NCBI GenBank assembly: GCA_001643675.2
Contig: LSRY02000024.1
Span: 930,001 to 994,000 of the forward strand
Reading direction: 5' to 3'
From: Monocercomonoides exilis PA203
Lineage: Eukaryota; Protista; Preaxostyla
DNA: 64,000 bases
A model generated the notes under the pieces. The model was not told where the DNA came from and made no database searches. It was given only the letters and a program-made list of their open reading frames with translations. Each line of letters starts with the position of its first letter. Position 1 is the stretch's first letter. Of this stretch, positions 10,401 through 21,952 are shown one piece after another. The translations under genes were made by a program, and so were the position numbers.

Positions 10401-13188
10401 GACGCTATTTGTATCGGCATTGGACATGCAGCCAAAGCAAAAAACGGGGAAAAGCAGAGAAAATGAGCAAAGCAGAGAAGAAGCAGAAGAAGAGAAAGGA
10501 AGAGCACTGTCTGAAAAGGAGTCAGAAACAGCGTCCACAACACCGCCGTCGCTGGCTATGTCTGCCTCCTTCACAGAAATCAGCGCCAAAGATAGTGTAT
10601 GCTCGCACCGCACCAGGCGCTCCTTCTCCTCCACAACACACCCTCTTTATGACCCCTTCAACCTCTGCCCTTCGCTCCATCCTTCTTCTCTCTCATCCTT
10701 CCTCGTGCAGTCATTTGTGCCAGATGACCACGCCTTTCAGATTCCGCACTCGCCAAGCCAGTTTCCTCTTGTTCCTCTGCCTGGATTTGATGTGTCACAA
10801 AGTGCAGATGAGGCTGGAATGGCTCCTCAGATTCGATACCAGCAGCTCGCTTGCTCGGCGTCTCCATCCATTGAGCACTGTGAATCAAGCATTGATAAGC
10901 CTGATTTGTCAGTTGGAAATGAAAAGGAGCAGAAAGTGAGCTCAAATGACTTGGATGAAAAGAAAACCATGAATGATTTGAAGGATTCATCTACTTCATC
11001 ATCTTCTTCATCTCCTTCATCTTCTTCGTCCTCTTCTTCCCGTACTCCTTTTGTGACATCACAAACAAAGAAAGAAGAGCAGCCGAAAGCGAAATCAAAG
11101 AGCCATCAGCAGCAGAGGCAGCAGTCTTTATCATCAACTGCGCCTTACCCACTTCCTCCTACTCAGCCATCGATCCCTCTTTCCCTCGATCCTTCTTCAG
11201 ACACGCCAACTGCCTCTGTCTTGTCCCACAAACACAAACACAAGCGGCAGAAGGCAGCTGAAGAGCACCGCCCTGATGCTTCTGCGCAAATGTTCCACGA
11301 ATTTCACACAGGCGAATCGGACGGAGAAACGCCACCACATCCAACCCAGCCGTTTCTGAGCTCAATCGCTCATCTGCCCACATATCAGCCATTTTCTTGC
11401 ACCCCACCACACACAATCAATTCATCTTTCTTCGCTTCATCCTCATCCTCATCCTCTTCTTCTTCATTCCCTGCTTTCACTTCTGCGCCATCCTCTGCTT
11501 CTTCTGCATCATCTGCCTCTTCATCTTCAGTAGCATTCTCATCCTCCTATTCCTCTTCTCTCTCTTCTTCATACTCATCCACTTGCGACTCCTCTGTTTG
11601 CACTTCTGTCTCTTCCTCTCTTTCTTCTCATTCTTCTCATTCTTCTCATTCTTCTCATTCTTCTCTGTTTTCTGACTCTTCCTCACTTCAGCCGCTGCCT
11701 GGAAGCAGCTTCACAGCGCTTCCATCGGCTGGCGAAAAGAAGCACAGACAGAACTCGTCGTTCATCCCGTTCGACGACGAAGACGATGACACCAAATCGA
11801 AATGGCCGTCGTGTGTCATTCAGTACAGAAGCCAGCCACAGCGCAGTAGGCAAAATTCATCATCATCATCTTCTTCTTCCTCTTCATCATCATCATCAGT
11901 TTCCGCTTCAGCTTCCGCTTCTTCTTCTTCTTCCTCCTCTTCCTCTTCTTCCTCTGATTCAGATCCATCATCATCATACACCCCAACCATACACTCCTTG
12001 TCCTCCTTCACTCCATCACAAACCCACCCCATTCTATCACCCTCGCCACAATACCCTCATTTTCCCCCTTCAAATGCTGTTGAAGACAGAGCAGCGTTTG
12101 CCTTGTTCCATCCGCCTTCGCCGCGCACCTCGCCGCCGTCGATTGTTGAGCACGGCGAGTTCCACGCGGCGTTGACACGAAGAGAAGGAAGATCGGCCAT
12201 TCTGCCTTCTTCCTTCAATGAACAGGCAGACGCACAGGAATTGATGAGGGAAAGAAACTTGGGATTCAGAAAGGAAGTGCAAATGAAAGAGAAAGAGAAA
12301 GAGAAAGAGAAGGAAAGGGGAAGAGACAGGGGAAGAGAGAGAGAAAGAGAGAGAGAAAGGGGAAAAGAGGAAGAAAGAGATAGAGAGAAAGAAAAAGACA
12401 ATGACGAATATTGGCGAAACTCGGAGTTTATGTCTGATCAGTGGACATTTCAGCTTCCGCTTCCTCACCAGCACCCCCGGCCTCGTCCTTATCATCTGTC
12501 GCAGTTTCAGTCACAAGCCAGCCGCCCAGCTTTTCATTGCCAGACGCCGCTGTCCACTTCGCTCGCTTCGCAGCAGCGCAATCAGAGGAAGACTGCTGCT
12601 GCTGCTGGCGATTCTCGTTCTGTCATGTCCAACGATGTGCAAACATTGTGCCATGTTTCTCTTGGATATCCTTCAGATACCTCGTCCATTTCCCTTTCAG
12701 CTTCAAATTCCTCTTCATCTTCGTCTTCTTCCTCATCCACATTATCATCCTCTTCATCTTGTTCATCGTCTTCTTCTGGTTCTCCTTCAAATTCTTCATC
12801 CTCACTTCTCTGCATGCCCACCCAGAATTCTGAGATCCTTTGCTCTTCCTCGTCTTCTTCCTCGTCCTCCTCATCGATTCACACCCACTGTACTACTCAT
12901 TCTTCTTCCTCTTCCTCGTTTCGCGTGCTTGTCCCCTTCGTCTGGCCAAGTGGCGCCAATGAGTCAGTGATGATTGCAGGAGACTTCAACGACTGGACAG
13001 AGCCCTTGCCATTCCGCTATGACCGCACATCCCATCAGTGGCTCATCCAGCTTTCGTTCACAGTCGGTGTGCATCAGCTCAAATTCATCATCGACGGCGT
13101 GTGGCAATGCTGTTCCTGGCTTCCAACATGTGATGATGGCCATGGTAATACAAATAATGTTCTCGTTGTTGAAAGAAGACAAAGATGA
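7475..13188 (+). CDS. Low-complexity protein with four AMPK-beta-like glycogen-binding (CBM48) domains, ~1866 aa; exons 7475-7672, 7733-7813, 7867-13188
   Basis: Splicing GT-AG introns 7673-7732 and 7814-7866 rebuilds VFIAGTFNDW..KWVVVFVLPFGQHYFKFIVDGEWTCSPDYP..NNVL. Three more copies of the motif follow (VFIAGSFTQW; VTSADGW..YRFLVEG..DEFGNLCN; VMIAGDFNDW..LKFIIDGVW..GNTNNVL). Start codon uncertain. Confidence 0.85.
12287..12398 (+). repeat. Purine-rich (GA/GAAA) microsatellite encoding a KE/RE tract
   Basis: AGAGAAAGAGAAAGAG... encodes KEKEKEKEKERGRDRGRERERERER inside the CBM48 protein. Confidence 0.8.
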
Positions 13189-13552
13189 GGCGTAATTTTT
13201 AATTGAGGAATTTTTTTTAAATTTAAATACTTATTTCTTGAGTAAAATTGTTATGCTGATTTCATTTTTTTCATTTTTTATTGGGTATTTTTATTTAAGT
13301 TAACCATTCAAGAACAATGTTAACTTATGAAAAGAGAGAAAATGCTGATGGAAAAAGGCTTTAAAGCATAAGCTTTTTTGAGCACTCTCTTCTCTAGTTT
13401 ATTTTTGGCATTTTTAGGATTCACACGTAGATGTATTTTTTAATAAAAATGAAAAAAAGAAATTTTTAAAGCGTGCCACAATGGGTATTGATCAATTCAA
13501 GTCATTTTTATTTCACTGTTTTAATTTAGCTAATCACTTCATTGTTTTTGAC

Positions 13553-14725
13553 ATGGGCCAAGATTATTATGAAATACTTGGTGTGTCTCGAAGCGCAAGC
13601 GAAGAAGAGATTAAAAAGGCTTACAAGAAACAAGCTTTAAAATGGCATCCTGGTTTGATTTTTCATTTTTCACCATGAAAATGCAATTTATTTCCGATGC
13701 AAATAAATTTTGTGATATATTTGTTGTATTTTTAACTTATTTGAAACGAAGATCGAAATCGTGATAATAAAGAAAAAGCAACAGAAATGTTTAAGAAAAT
13801 TGGAGAAGCGTATGATGTTCTTAGCGACCCAAAAAAGAAACAAATATATGACCAATTTGGAGAAGATGGTTTGAAGGGAACTAGCTCTGATGATTCTGGG
13901 CCTGGATTTCCAGGAGGCTTTGGCCCAGGTGGTCCAAGAATTGTTTTCACAACTTCAGGAATGCCTCGAGGTGGAGCTGGATTTATGTTTCGGGATCCAT
14001 TTGAAATGTTTGCAGAAATGTTTGGAGGAGATGCTGGCATGTTTACAACAGCAACAGATCCTTTTAGCGGAGGGTTCTCATCTTCATTTAGCTCATCTTC
14101 AGGAAGATCTGGAGGAGCTCGCTCTTCTGCGTCAAGTTCTTCGTCCAGATCAAGAGTGAGAACCACTTCTACACCTGTGCAAGATCCTCCTGTAATTCAT
14201 GAACTTCCCATTTCACTTGATGATTTGTTCACTGGATGCACAAAGAAAATGAGAATTGAGCGAAACGTGACAGATGAAAGCGGAAGAACGCAAAAAGAAG
14301 CTCGAGTTGTGCAGATAGATATTAAACCAGGATACAAAGCAGGAACAAAGATAACATTTGAAAAGTATGGAGATGAAAAGCCCGGGACCATTCCATCAGA
14401 TATTGTGTTTGTTATCAAAGAAAAGCCACATTCGACGTTTGTGCGAGACGGAAACGATCTCCATTGCAAGCAAACAATTCCGCTTTCAATGGCACTGTGC
14501 GGCTTCGAATTGCCTCTGCCATTTCTTGCTGGGGGAACTCGCACAGTGCGATCAGCCGGAGTTGTTAGGCCGGGGCAGAAAATTGTGCTTCATGAAGGCG
14601 GAATGCCTATTTCGAAAGAGCCGGGAAGATACGGAGATTTGATTGTAGAATTTGATGTCCGATTCCCAACACAACTTAGCACGGACGAAAAGCGACAATT
14701 GTCCATGTTGCTTTCTGGGAAGTAG
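13553..14725 (+). CDS. Class B (type II) Hsp40/DnaJ, Sis1/DNAJB-like, ~357 aa; exons 13553-13652, 13752-14725
   Basis: J domain [34 protein letters not shown], with intron 13653-13751 splitting the Asp codon of HPD. G/F-rich linker and DnaJ_C domain ([25 protein letters not shown]). No zinc finger. Confidence 0.95.
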
Positions 14726-15361
14726 ACTTTAGAATTAAACATTGCATATGAAAGCTATCACAGTACAGACTATGATTCATTGCCAATTATTTCTTTGTTA
14801 GACATTTCAACACACGCTTTTTATTTTTTAATGGAAAAAAATTTTTGGATTTCCAGGCATCATTTCTTTGGTCAAAATATATCTTTGAATATTCACAAAA
14901 TCTTTCGTTATTGCTCAATTTATTTTTTCTTGAAGTTTCAAAATGAAGAGCAATCAAATTTCTTTTGCATTCATAATAAAATTCAAAAATTAAGAAATAT
15001 ATTTGAAAATGTTGCGTGGAACAAAATTCATAAAGCAAAAAATTCTGTTTCAGATATTCTCATGTTGATTTATTTTTGATGCATAATGAAGTTTTTGCAT
15101 TTTCTTTTTCAAATAAATAAAAAGCATAAAAAAGAATATTATAAAAATACAAATCGATTATATTTAATTAAATCCAAAATTTACAAAAGACAATACAATT
15201 GATAAAATGATCGTTTTGCTCTTGATGATAATAAATATTTGCATATTGAATGGTAATTTTTTCTTTGTGTCTCACTTGATCACTTGCTGGATACAAACAT
15301 AAAAAATCTTTTGCTTAAAAAATGTTTTTGGATGAAAGACGAAATTCTAATTGTTATGTTT

Positions 15362-15973
15362 CTAACTTTTTGAACTTTCTTTTAATTGTTCAAAAAACGT
15401 GTCTCTAACAGCCATTATCGCGAAACCGAGAACATTTTCACCTTTCCATTCATGAGGATTTGTTGCCTTTGGATTTGAAGCAGCCATTTTTATCCCCCAT
15501 ATTGCATCTAGCGGAGAAGCTTCCACTATAATTGAGGATTTTGTTTCCATTAATAATGCTTTTAATTCAGGATGCTGACTGAATTTGTGCAAATTCCCTT
15601 GGTACACTATGTCAAATTTTTTTTGTTCCCACACTGTTCCATTGAAATTTTTAACACCTCTCCCTAATTCCTTAGCTTTTCGTGGAGTAGATGCCTTCAA
15701 AATATTTTGTAAAGAAACATCATCATTGAATAATCGAGCCTTTTCAGCCATCATCCAATGCTCTGCAGTGTTATATCTAATGGAATCAACCACGAATGGT
15801 GATGTGAACCATTGGGCAAAAATACCATATGGATCTTCGCTTTCTTTCCAAAAGAAAATATATGAAAATTCTTGACCTTTGTCGCATCTTTCAATGAGTT
15901 CATGAACATTTCTTGGAGAAAGAGTTGAAGATATAGATGAACTTGTTGAAGGAACAGAACTTGGTGTTGCCAT
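15362..15973 (-). CDS. NADAR family protein (YbiA/RibX-like N-glycosidase), 203 aa
   Basis: Motifs YIFFW, FAQWFTSPF, YNTAEHWMMAEKARLF, AKELGRGVKNF, KFSQHPELK, IVEASPLDAIWGI, GENVLGFAIMAVR. Confidence 0.93.
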   Translation of the reverse strand: MATPSSVPSTSSSISSTLSPRNVHELIERCDKGQEFSYIFFWKESEDPYGIFAQWFTSPFVVDSIRYNTAEHWMMAEKARLFNDDVSLQNILKASTPRKAKELGRGVKNFNGTVWEQKKFDIVYQGNLHKFSQHPELKALLMETKSSIIVEASPLDAIWGIKMAASNPKATNPHEWKGENVLGFAIMAVRDTFFEQLKESSKS

Positions 15974-16152
15974 TTCACAAAAGAATTATAAATAAATAAT
16001 TTTATTTTTTTATTACAAAAGATTTCGAAAATTTTACAAAAACTGTTAAAAAATGTTTATATCTCAAATGGGATAGAATGCTTGATTATTTGTGTTTTCT
16101 TGAAATTGAACATTTTATGATGGGCATGATTATTGGTGTTTTTGATTTATGA

Positions 16153-19100
16153 ATGCAATGCTGGATTTTTTTTGTGATTATTTCGTTGAGTGAGTGCCAG
16201 TACAATCGCCAAATTTTTGTTGATTCTGTAAAAGGAAAAGATGAAGACGATTGCTGGGAAGGAAAAGAATCAAATCCTTGTAAAACGCTAAATAAGGCTG
16301 TTGATGGATTAGATAGCGATACAAGCATAAACATTATTGAGTCAATAGATAATCTCGAATTTGTTAATATTGAAACAGAAAAATGGACAAATTTCATGAT
16401 TTGTTCAAAATCAAACAAAATGATAATTTCCACAAAGCAAACAAATATTGAAATTTTACTCGCATTTACCAACATAAATACGTTTGGTTTTTCCAATTAC
16501 GATAATTTACTTTTAAAACTTCAATTTGACTCTTTATTTCAATTATAAAGGTTTTCTTTGGAAAATTTAACTTTTGAATGCATTGCACACAGTATCCTTA
16601 AGATTTCAAATTGCAAGGATGTATCTTTGATTTCTATTACAATTAAGAATCCTTTGAACACATGTTTGCTTTGTTATCTGGGTTATCAAGTCATATAATT
16701 TTCATTTTCTTTACATATTTTCCAGCTGAATTGACACCGATCAGAATCGATACCTCAACAATATTAAAGGCATCATTATCTTTTGAAAACGAACAAGCGG
16801 ATAAAAGTTATCAAAAAAAGTATTATCTATCAGTTGTAAATAGCGCAATAAGAGAATTGTCGCAGGCTACGAGAAACATGTATATTTCAATTTCATTCCC
16901 ACTAATGCATACCTCATCAATCAGTGATGTAACAATTAAAGATATGTGGATAGATGCAACAGGAATACAACGTTCTCCTTTAGAATTTTTATCTTCTGAT
17001 TTAAAACTTCATCAAGTGAAAATCAAAAAATTCGATGGGCAAATCATTGCCATGCAGAACGGTTCACTTGAATGTATCGGATGCATCATAAACGAGGACC
17101 TAAATGGGAACATATGCGAAGAAGAAAGCCAACGAAGAATCAACGAAGCGACACTTTTCTCTTCAGATGCTCCGGACAATACTCTGTCTGAAACTACACC
17201 CTCTGAATCGTACTTGATATTCATCGAAGGAGTAAGTAATCTTCTTGTTGCAGACTCTTCATTTTCTGTCCTGACTGAGTTTATTTCCAGAGAAGGAGAA
17301 ATACACATACCAAAAGTCTTTAATCTGAACACAAGAAATGAAAGGTGCAACGGACTGGAAGTGAGAACAAATAAACCAATCAGCTTCGAGCGATGCACAT
17401 TTAAGCATGTGAAGACGAACTCAGTTACAGATGCAGTACCCACAAACAAACAGCTTGTTTCAGAATTAGCTGGACTTTTTATTCATATTGTGGATATCAA
17501 TGAATATTCTGATGTGACAATTGCAGGATGCACTTTTGAAGGAATTTTAAACACAACTTTTCCTTCCTTTTCTGAAAATAAGGAAGAAGAAGAAGAAATT
17601 TATTGCCACCGAAGAGATGCTGATTCGAGAAATGCAATTGAAGAGGAAGAGTCAACAACTCAAACATTTGATTGCACAACATCTTCTTCTTCTTCTTCTT
17701 CTTCTTCCATGTCATCGATTAAACAACATAAAATGGCTTCAACAGAATGAACCACCGATTTTCTTCTTTCGACCAACTTGGAAAACAGCAGAAATTTTCG
17801 ATGCTACAATCCTTTCATTTTTATTCACCATGCAAGAAGTATCACAATCAAAGAATCTGCGAAACAAAATGAAAACACAACGATGAAGGAAGCTTTCAAT
17901 AATGCGCCGTCATTATCTCAGCAATCAACCGCACTCTGTTCTGATTCTGATCAACATGAGCATTGCAAATCAAAGAATCCCACTGAATGCAACGAGAATA
18001 ACGCAAAAAGAACAGAAGTAGATGAACTAGGAGACGGGAACAAGGTTGTTTGCAAGAGTGTATTCAAAAACCACATATGCTTTCCTGTTGGGAAGATGAA
18101 CGACAACACGCAGTGTTCTTCTTCTGCATTGTACATAATAAACTTGCTGAATGTCTCGATATACAATACAACATTCACCAACATTGTTTCTGTTGATGGA
18201 AGCTGTCTTGCATTCCTTCTCAATCAAAGCGGCAACGTTACACTGAGAGAAGTGGAGTTCAGCTCATGCGCATCGATCACTGAAGAAGAAGCATCAGAAA
18301 TGGAGAGCATTGCAGCTGCGAAATTTAGAGATAACTATTTTAAAGTCCATTTTGATGCGCAAACAGAGAAAGTCATTAAAAGAAAACTTCAACGCGACAA
18401 GAAACAGCAAAAGGAGGCTAAGCGCCAAACGTCCAATGCTAAAGCGAAGCGCAATAGAACCTCAAATCCGCTCACACGAGTTGGAGGAGCTGTGTCCTTT
18501 GTGAATGATACGCGCGATAACACTTACGTCTCAGTGACCAGCGCCATGATGAAGAGCTGTGTGTTCTGCAACTGCCACAGCTCGACTGCTGGTGGTGCGT
18601 TGTACGTGGAGAGAAAGCTGACAGCAACGGATTGCTTGTTTTATGGCTGTTCTGTTGCCAAAAATGGACATGGGTCATCCATGTTCATATACTCTGTGAG
18701 TGAAGCAGTGGTATTTGCTGGTGGAATATTTGACGGTTTGAGCAGACAGGACGACTTGCACAAAATGAACGGAATGCAAAACGAGAATGAAGTTGGATTT
18801 TTGAGGAGACATTTTGCAAACAGAAAGAATCAAAGGGAAACAGAAATAACTTACCTTGACATTTTGAGAGAAATGATTTTTAAGAGTATTTCACCTGGCA
18901 ACACTCATGCTTTGATGCATGGTGATTCAGCAGTCAAGAAATCTGCTTCATCGTCTGTTCGTCCATTGCATTCTTCTGAGCCTGTTATTTCTCAATCGCC
19001 TGCTGTTTGGATTACTGGCTCGCTCAGAGTTCAGCTTTTGGGAAGAATAAGAGGAGCTCTTTCATCGAAACAGTCTTCCTCTCTTTCTGCTTCTTCACAA

Positions 19101-21794
19101 CATTCTTCTGCTCTTCTGGCTGAAACTATTCCTCTTTCATTCCGCAACATTTTCACAAACTCAAACGAAGGCGGTGCAATGCACGTGGAAAGCTCCAATG
19201 TGGCCATTTCAAATGTGGATTTTTCGCGAACATCATCTCTTTGCGGAGGAGCTGTTTATATTGATGCGAGTGCCGGAACATTCAGCACGCTTGATGTTGC
19301 ATTCAAAGACTGCAGTGCTTCATTTCGGGGAGGTGCGCTGTTCATTGAGAGAAAAGTGAAACATTCAGACGAGACAGGAGAAACAGAAGGGAAGTTAGGG
19401 CAGAGCAGAGCAAATGCGAATGAAAACTATCACATTTTATTGAATGCAACGACAATCACCCAATGCGATGCAGTTGAAGGAGGAGGCATTTTCCTGCTGT
19501 TCAGTGAAGACGAAAAGATGAATAGGAATGAAGAATACAACCGAAAGAAAAGTGATGAAAATTCAAAATCTTTTCTCATCCCCAGAAATGAGCGCTTTTC
19601 TTCTTCTTCCTTGTTATCTTCTGCAGGTGACGAGGTTGAAAGTTTCGTCACATTTCAGGATCTTTTGGTGAAGAGCTGCAAGTCCCTTTTCGGTGGAGGA
19701 GCATTTGTGGCGATCACCCACCAAATAACAGACTATTTGCCACAGGGCAGTCTGCTTCTGAAGATTGTCAGGAGTTCAATTGAATTCAACATTGCAAACA
19801 GATACGGTGGTGGGATGGTTGTGGAAGTGGCTGACTCGTGGTTTGTGGGAGCGAGAAGTGGAAGCGAAGGAGAAAGAGAAGGAGACAGTAGAAGGGAAAG
19901 GGAAATGATTGAGGCTGATGCATTTTCAGATTCGAAAAGTGAAGACATTAGTTGGATGGTCAAGAAGAAAATGTCAAGCAACAACAAGGAAATACCGATT
20001 GACGGAATTTCTTCATTAGCAACACAATCAACAAATGCTTCTCAATCTTCTATTTCTTCGTCATCGAGCACTTCATTTCAAAACACCTTTTTATGTTATT
20101 TAGCTTTACCTTTTCAGGCGCTTAGACATGCACTTCAATTGTCTCGTATTATTTCTTTGATGCCCCACTCACGTTTACTTCTGTCTGCTGACTCTTCTTC
20201 ATCACTCAGATCTCGCACTCTTCAAATTAGTTCCAATCCGCCAATTAAACACTTAAAAGAAGCCCCAGCAGAAGATAACATTGATTCACTGATATTTATA
20301 CTCAACACAAATTTTGATTCGAATCGCTGTCCTGTTCGTTCGTCTCCTTCATCATCATCTTCCTCTTCTTCCTCTTCAGTTGGAGTTGATTCTGCATTGA
20401 ATTCTCATTCTCTCTCTTCTTTTTCATACGTTGTCAATCCACTTATCTATGAAAACGCGTCTTGTGGTGGTGCTCTTGTTCTTGTTGGCATGGAGAACAT
20501 CACAAAAAGATCCGATTCTGCTGGCAAGCTGCATATTTATGTGAAGAATGGCTCCTTCCTGGCAAACAACAACGGAGCATTTCGTGTGGAGAAGGGAGGG
20601 AAAATACTGTTCAACGACTCGATATTCGAAAATGACACGCACATTTTCGCGACGATACGAACGCCGCTGACTGGAGCTTGTTCGAAGAGTCTGGTGAAAG
20701 TGTGGTTGTCATCTGCAAACAATTACGACAGGCAAATCAATAGAAAGAACGAAAGAGTTGATTTGAGTGGGAGTCATAGCGATGACTCCTTTGCTGAAAA
20801 TGAAGCAGACAGATATTCGTCTTTCCATTCGCAGCATCTTTCTGAAGCGCATTCAGACCAGTTTCTAATGTGCGACACTTTTTGCTTGTCTGACATTAAC
20901 ACAGATGCAGATTTGCACAGCCCCTATTCAAATTCATTGAATCCTGCCATTTTGCCAAGAAGGCCAATTCAATTCGCATCTTCTTCTTTTTCTTCTTTTC
21001 ATTCATCGCACCAAAATCCTGCCATTTCACAGTCAAACTCCAAACTTCTCAGATGTGGTGCTCCTCCGCCATTCAATCTTAGCTGCAACATTTCATCAAT
21101 TGAGCTCTCTTCATTTCCCAATCTGCCGCCTCTTTCTGTGCGCGGCAGCAATTTGTCTCCGATTGCGCCTGTGTTGGCGTTGTCCTCGGTCAATGCCCAT
21201 CCTCCTTCATATCTGATTAACTTCAACGAAATAGATGAAAGGCACGGCGGCAAAAGTAATTCAAATGGAAAAACAGAGCTAGACTCTTCTATCTCATTCT
21301 CCAAAACTTCAGCTACGAGAAAGGGGCTGAGGCAGGTTACGAAACATGGAAGAATTGCTTCAAACTCGATGCTTCAGTTCACTTCTGCTTTTTCAAATGC
21401 TACACAAAATGAACCTTCAGTCAATTTTGTGTTTAGTGAGGTTTACTTTGACGTAGATCCGAGTGACACACGAGAGATATATCTATTTACAGATTCGTCT
21501 TTTTCTTTCACTGATGTCGATGAGAAGCTGTTTCCCGCATTGTATCTGCATGTGTCGTGTGATCAAGGGATGACCTGGTCAGAGGAAGTGATGGAGATAC
21601 ACATTGTGGGGATTCTGTAGGCAGACGGGAAGAAGACAGTTGCTGCTGTTGCAGTCTCAGTGTCTGTGTTTTTTTTGTATGTGATATCAAGTGCAGTGGT
21701 GGTGATTGTGTGCAGAAACAAGCATTTTGTGTGGAAGCAGAAAGGGAAAAAACAGAGAGAGCCGAAATCGAAGGAGACGAACAAGAATAAATGA
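16153..21794 (+). CDS. Large secreted or membrane beta-helix (pectin-lyase-like) protein; exons 16153-16481, 16551-16663, 16726-21794; two in-frame stops (TGA 17748-17750, TAG 21618-21620), possibly a pseudogene
   Basis: Signal peptide MQCWIFFVIISLSEC, IFVDSVKGKD..NPCKTL motif, and repeated GGA(L/M/V)x motifs. GTTTG-donor introns 16482-16550 and 16664-16725 join the frames. ORFs 16662..17750 and 17778..21620 are in one frame. A TM helix plus basic tail follows the TAG in frame. Confidence 0.7.
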
Positions 21795-21952
21795 TAATAC
21801 CTTCAGCTGATCACTGGCATCGGAAAGAACGATGTTGGAATTATGTTGGGAGACATGTACGTGGAGTGATTGAACTGATACGTTGCAATGAAGGAAAATG
21901 TGAACTGTCAATATTAAAGGAGGATAAATATTTGAGTGCTCATTTTTAATTA

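Noticed and set aside
21795-21850. Possible SECIS element explaining the TGA at 17748 as selenocysteine
   Set aside because: There is only a short GCATCG/CGATGT hairpin and no convincing AUGA/GA quartet. The TGA is not in a redox-motif context.
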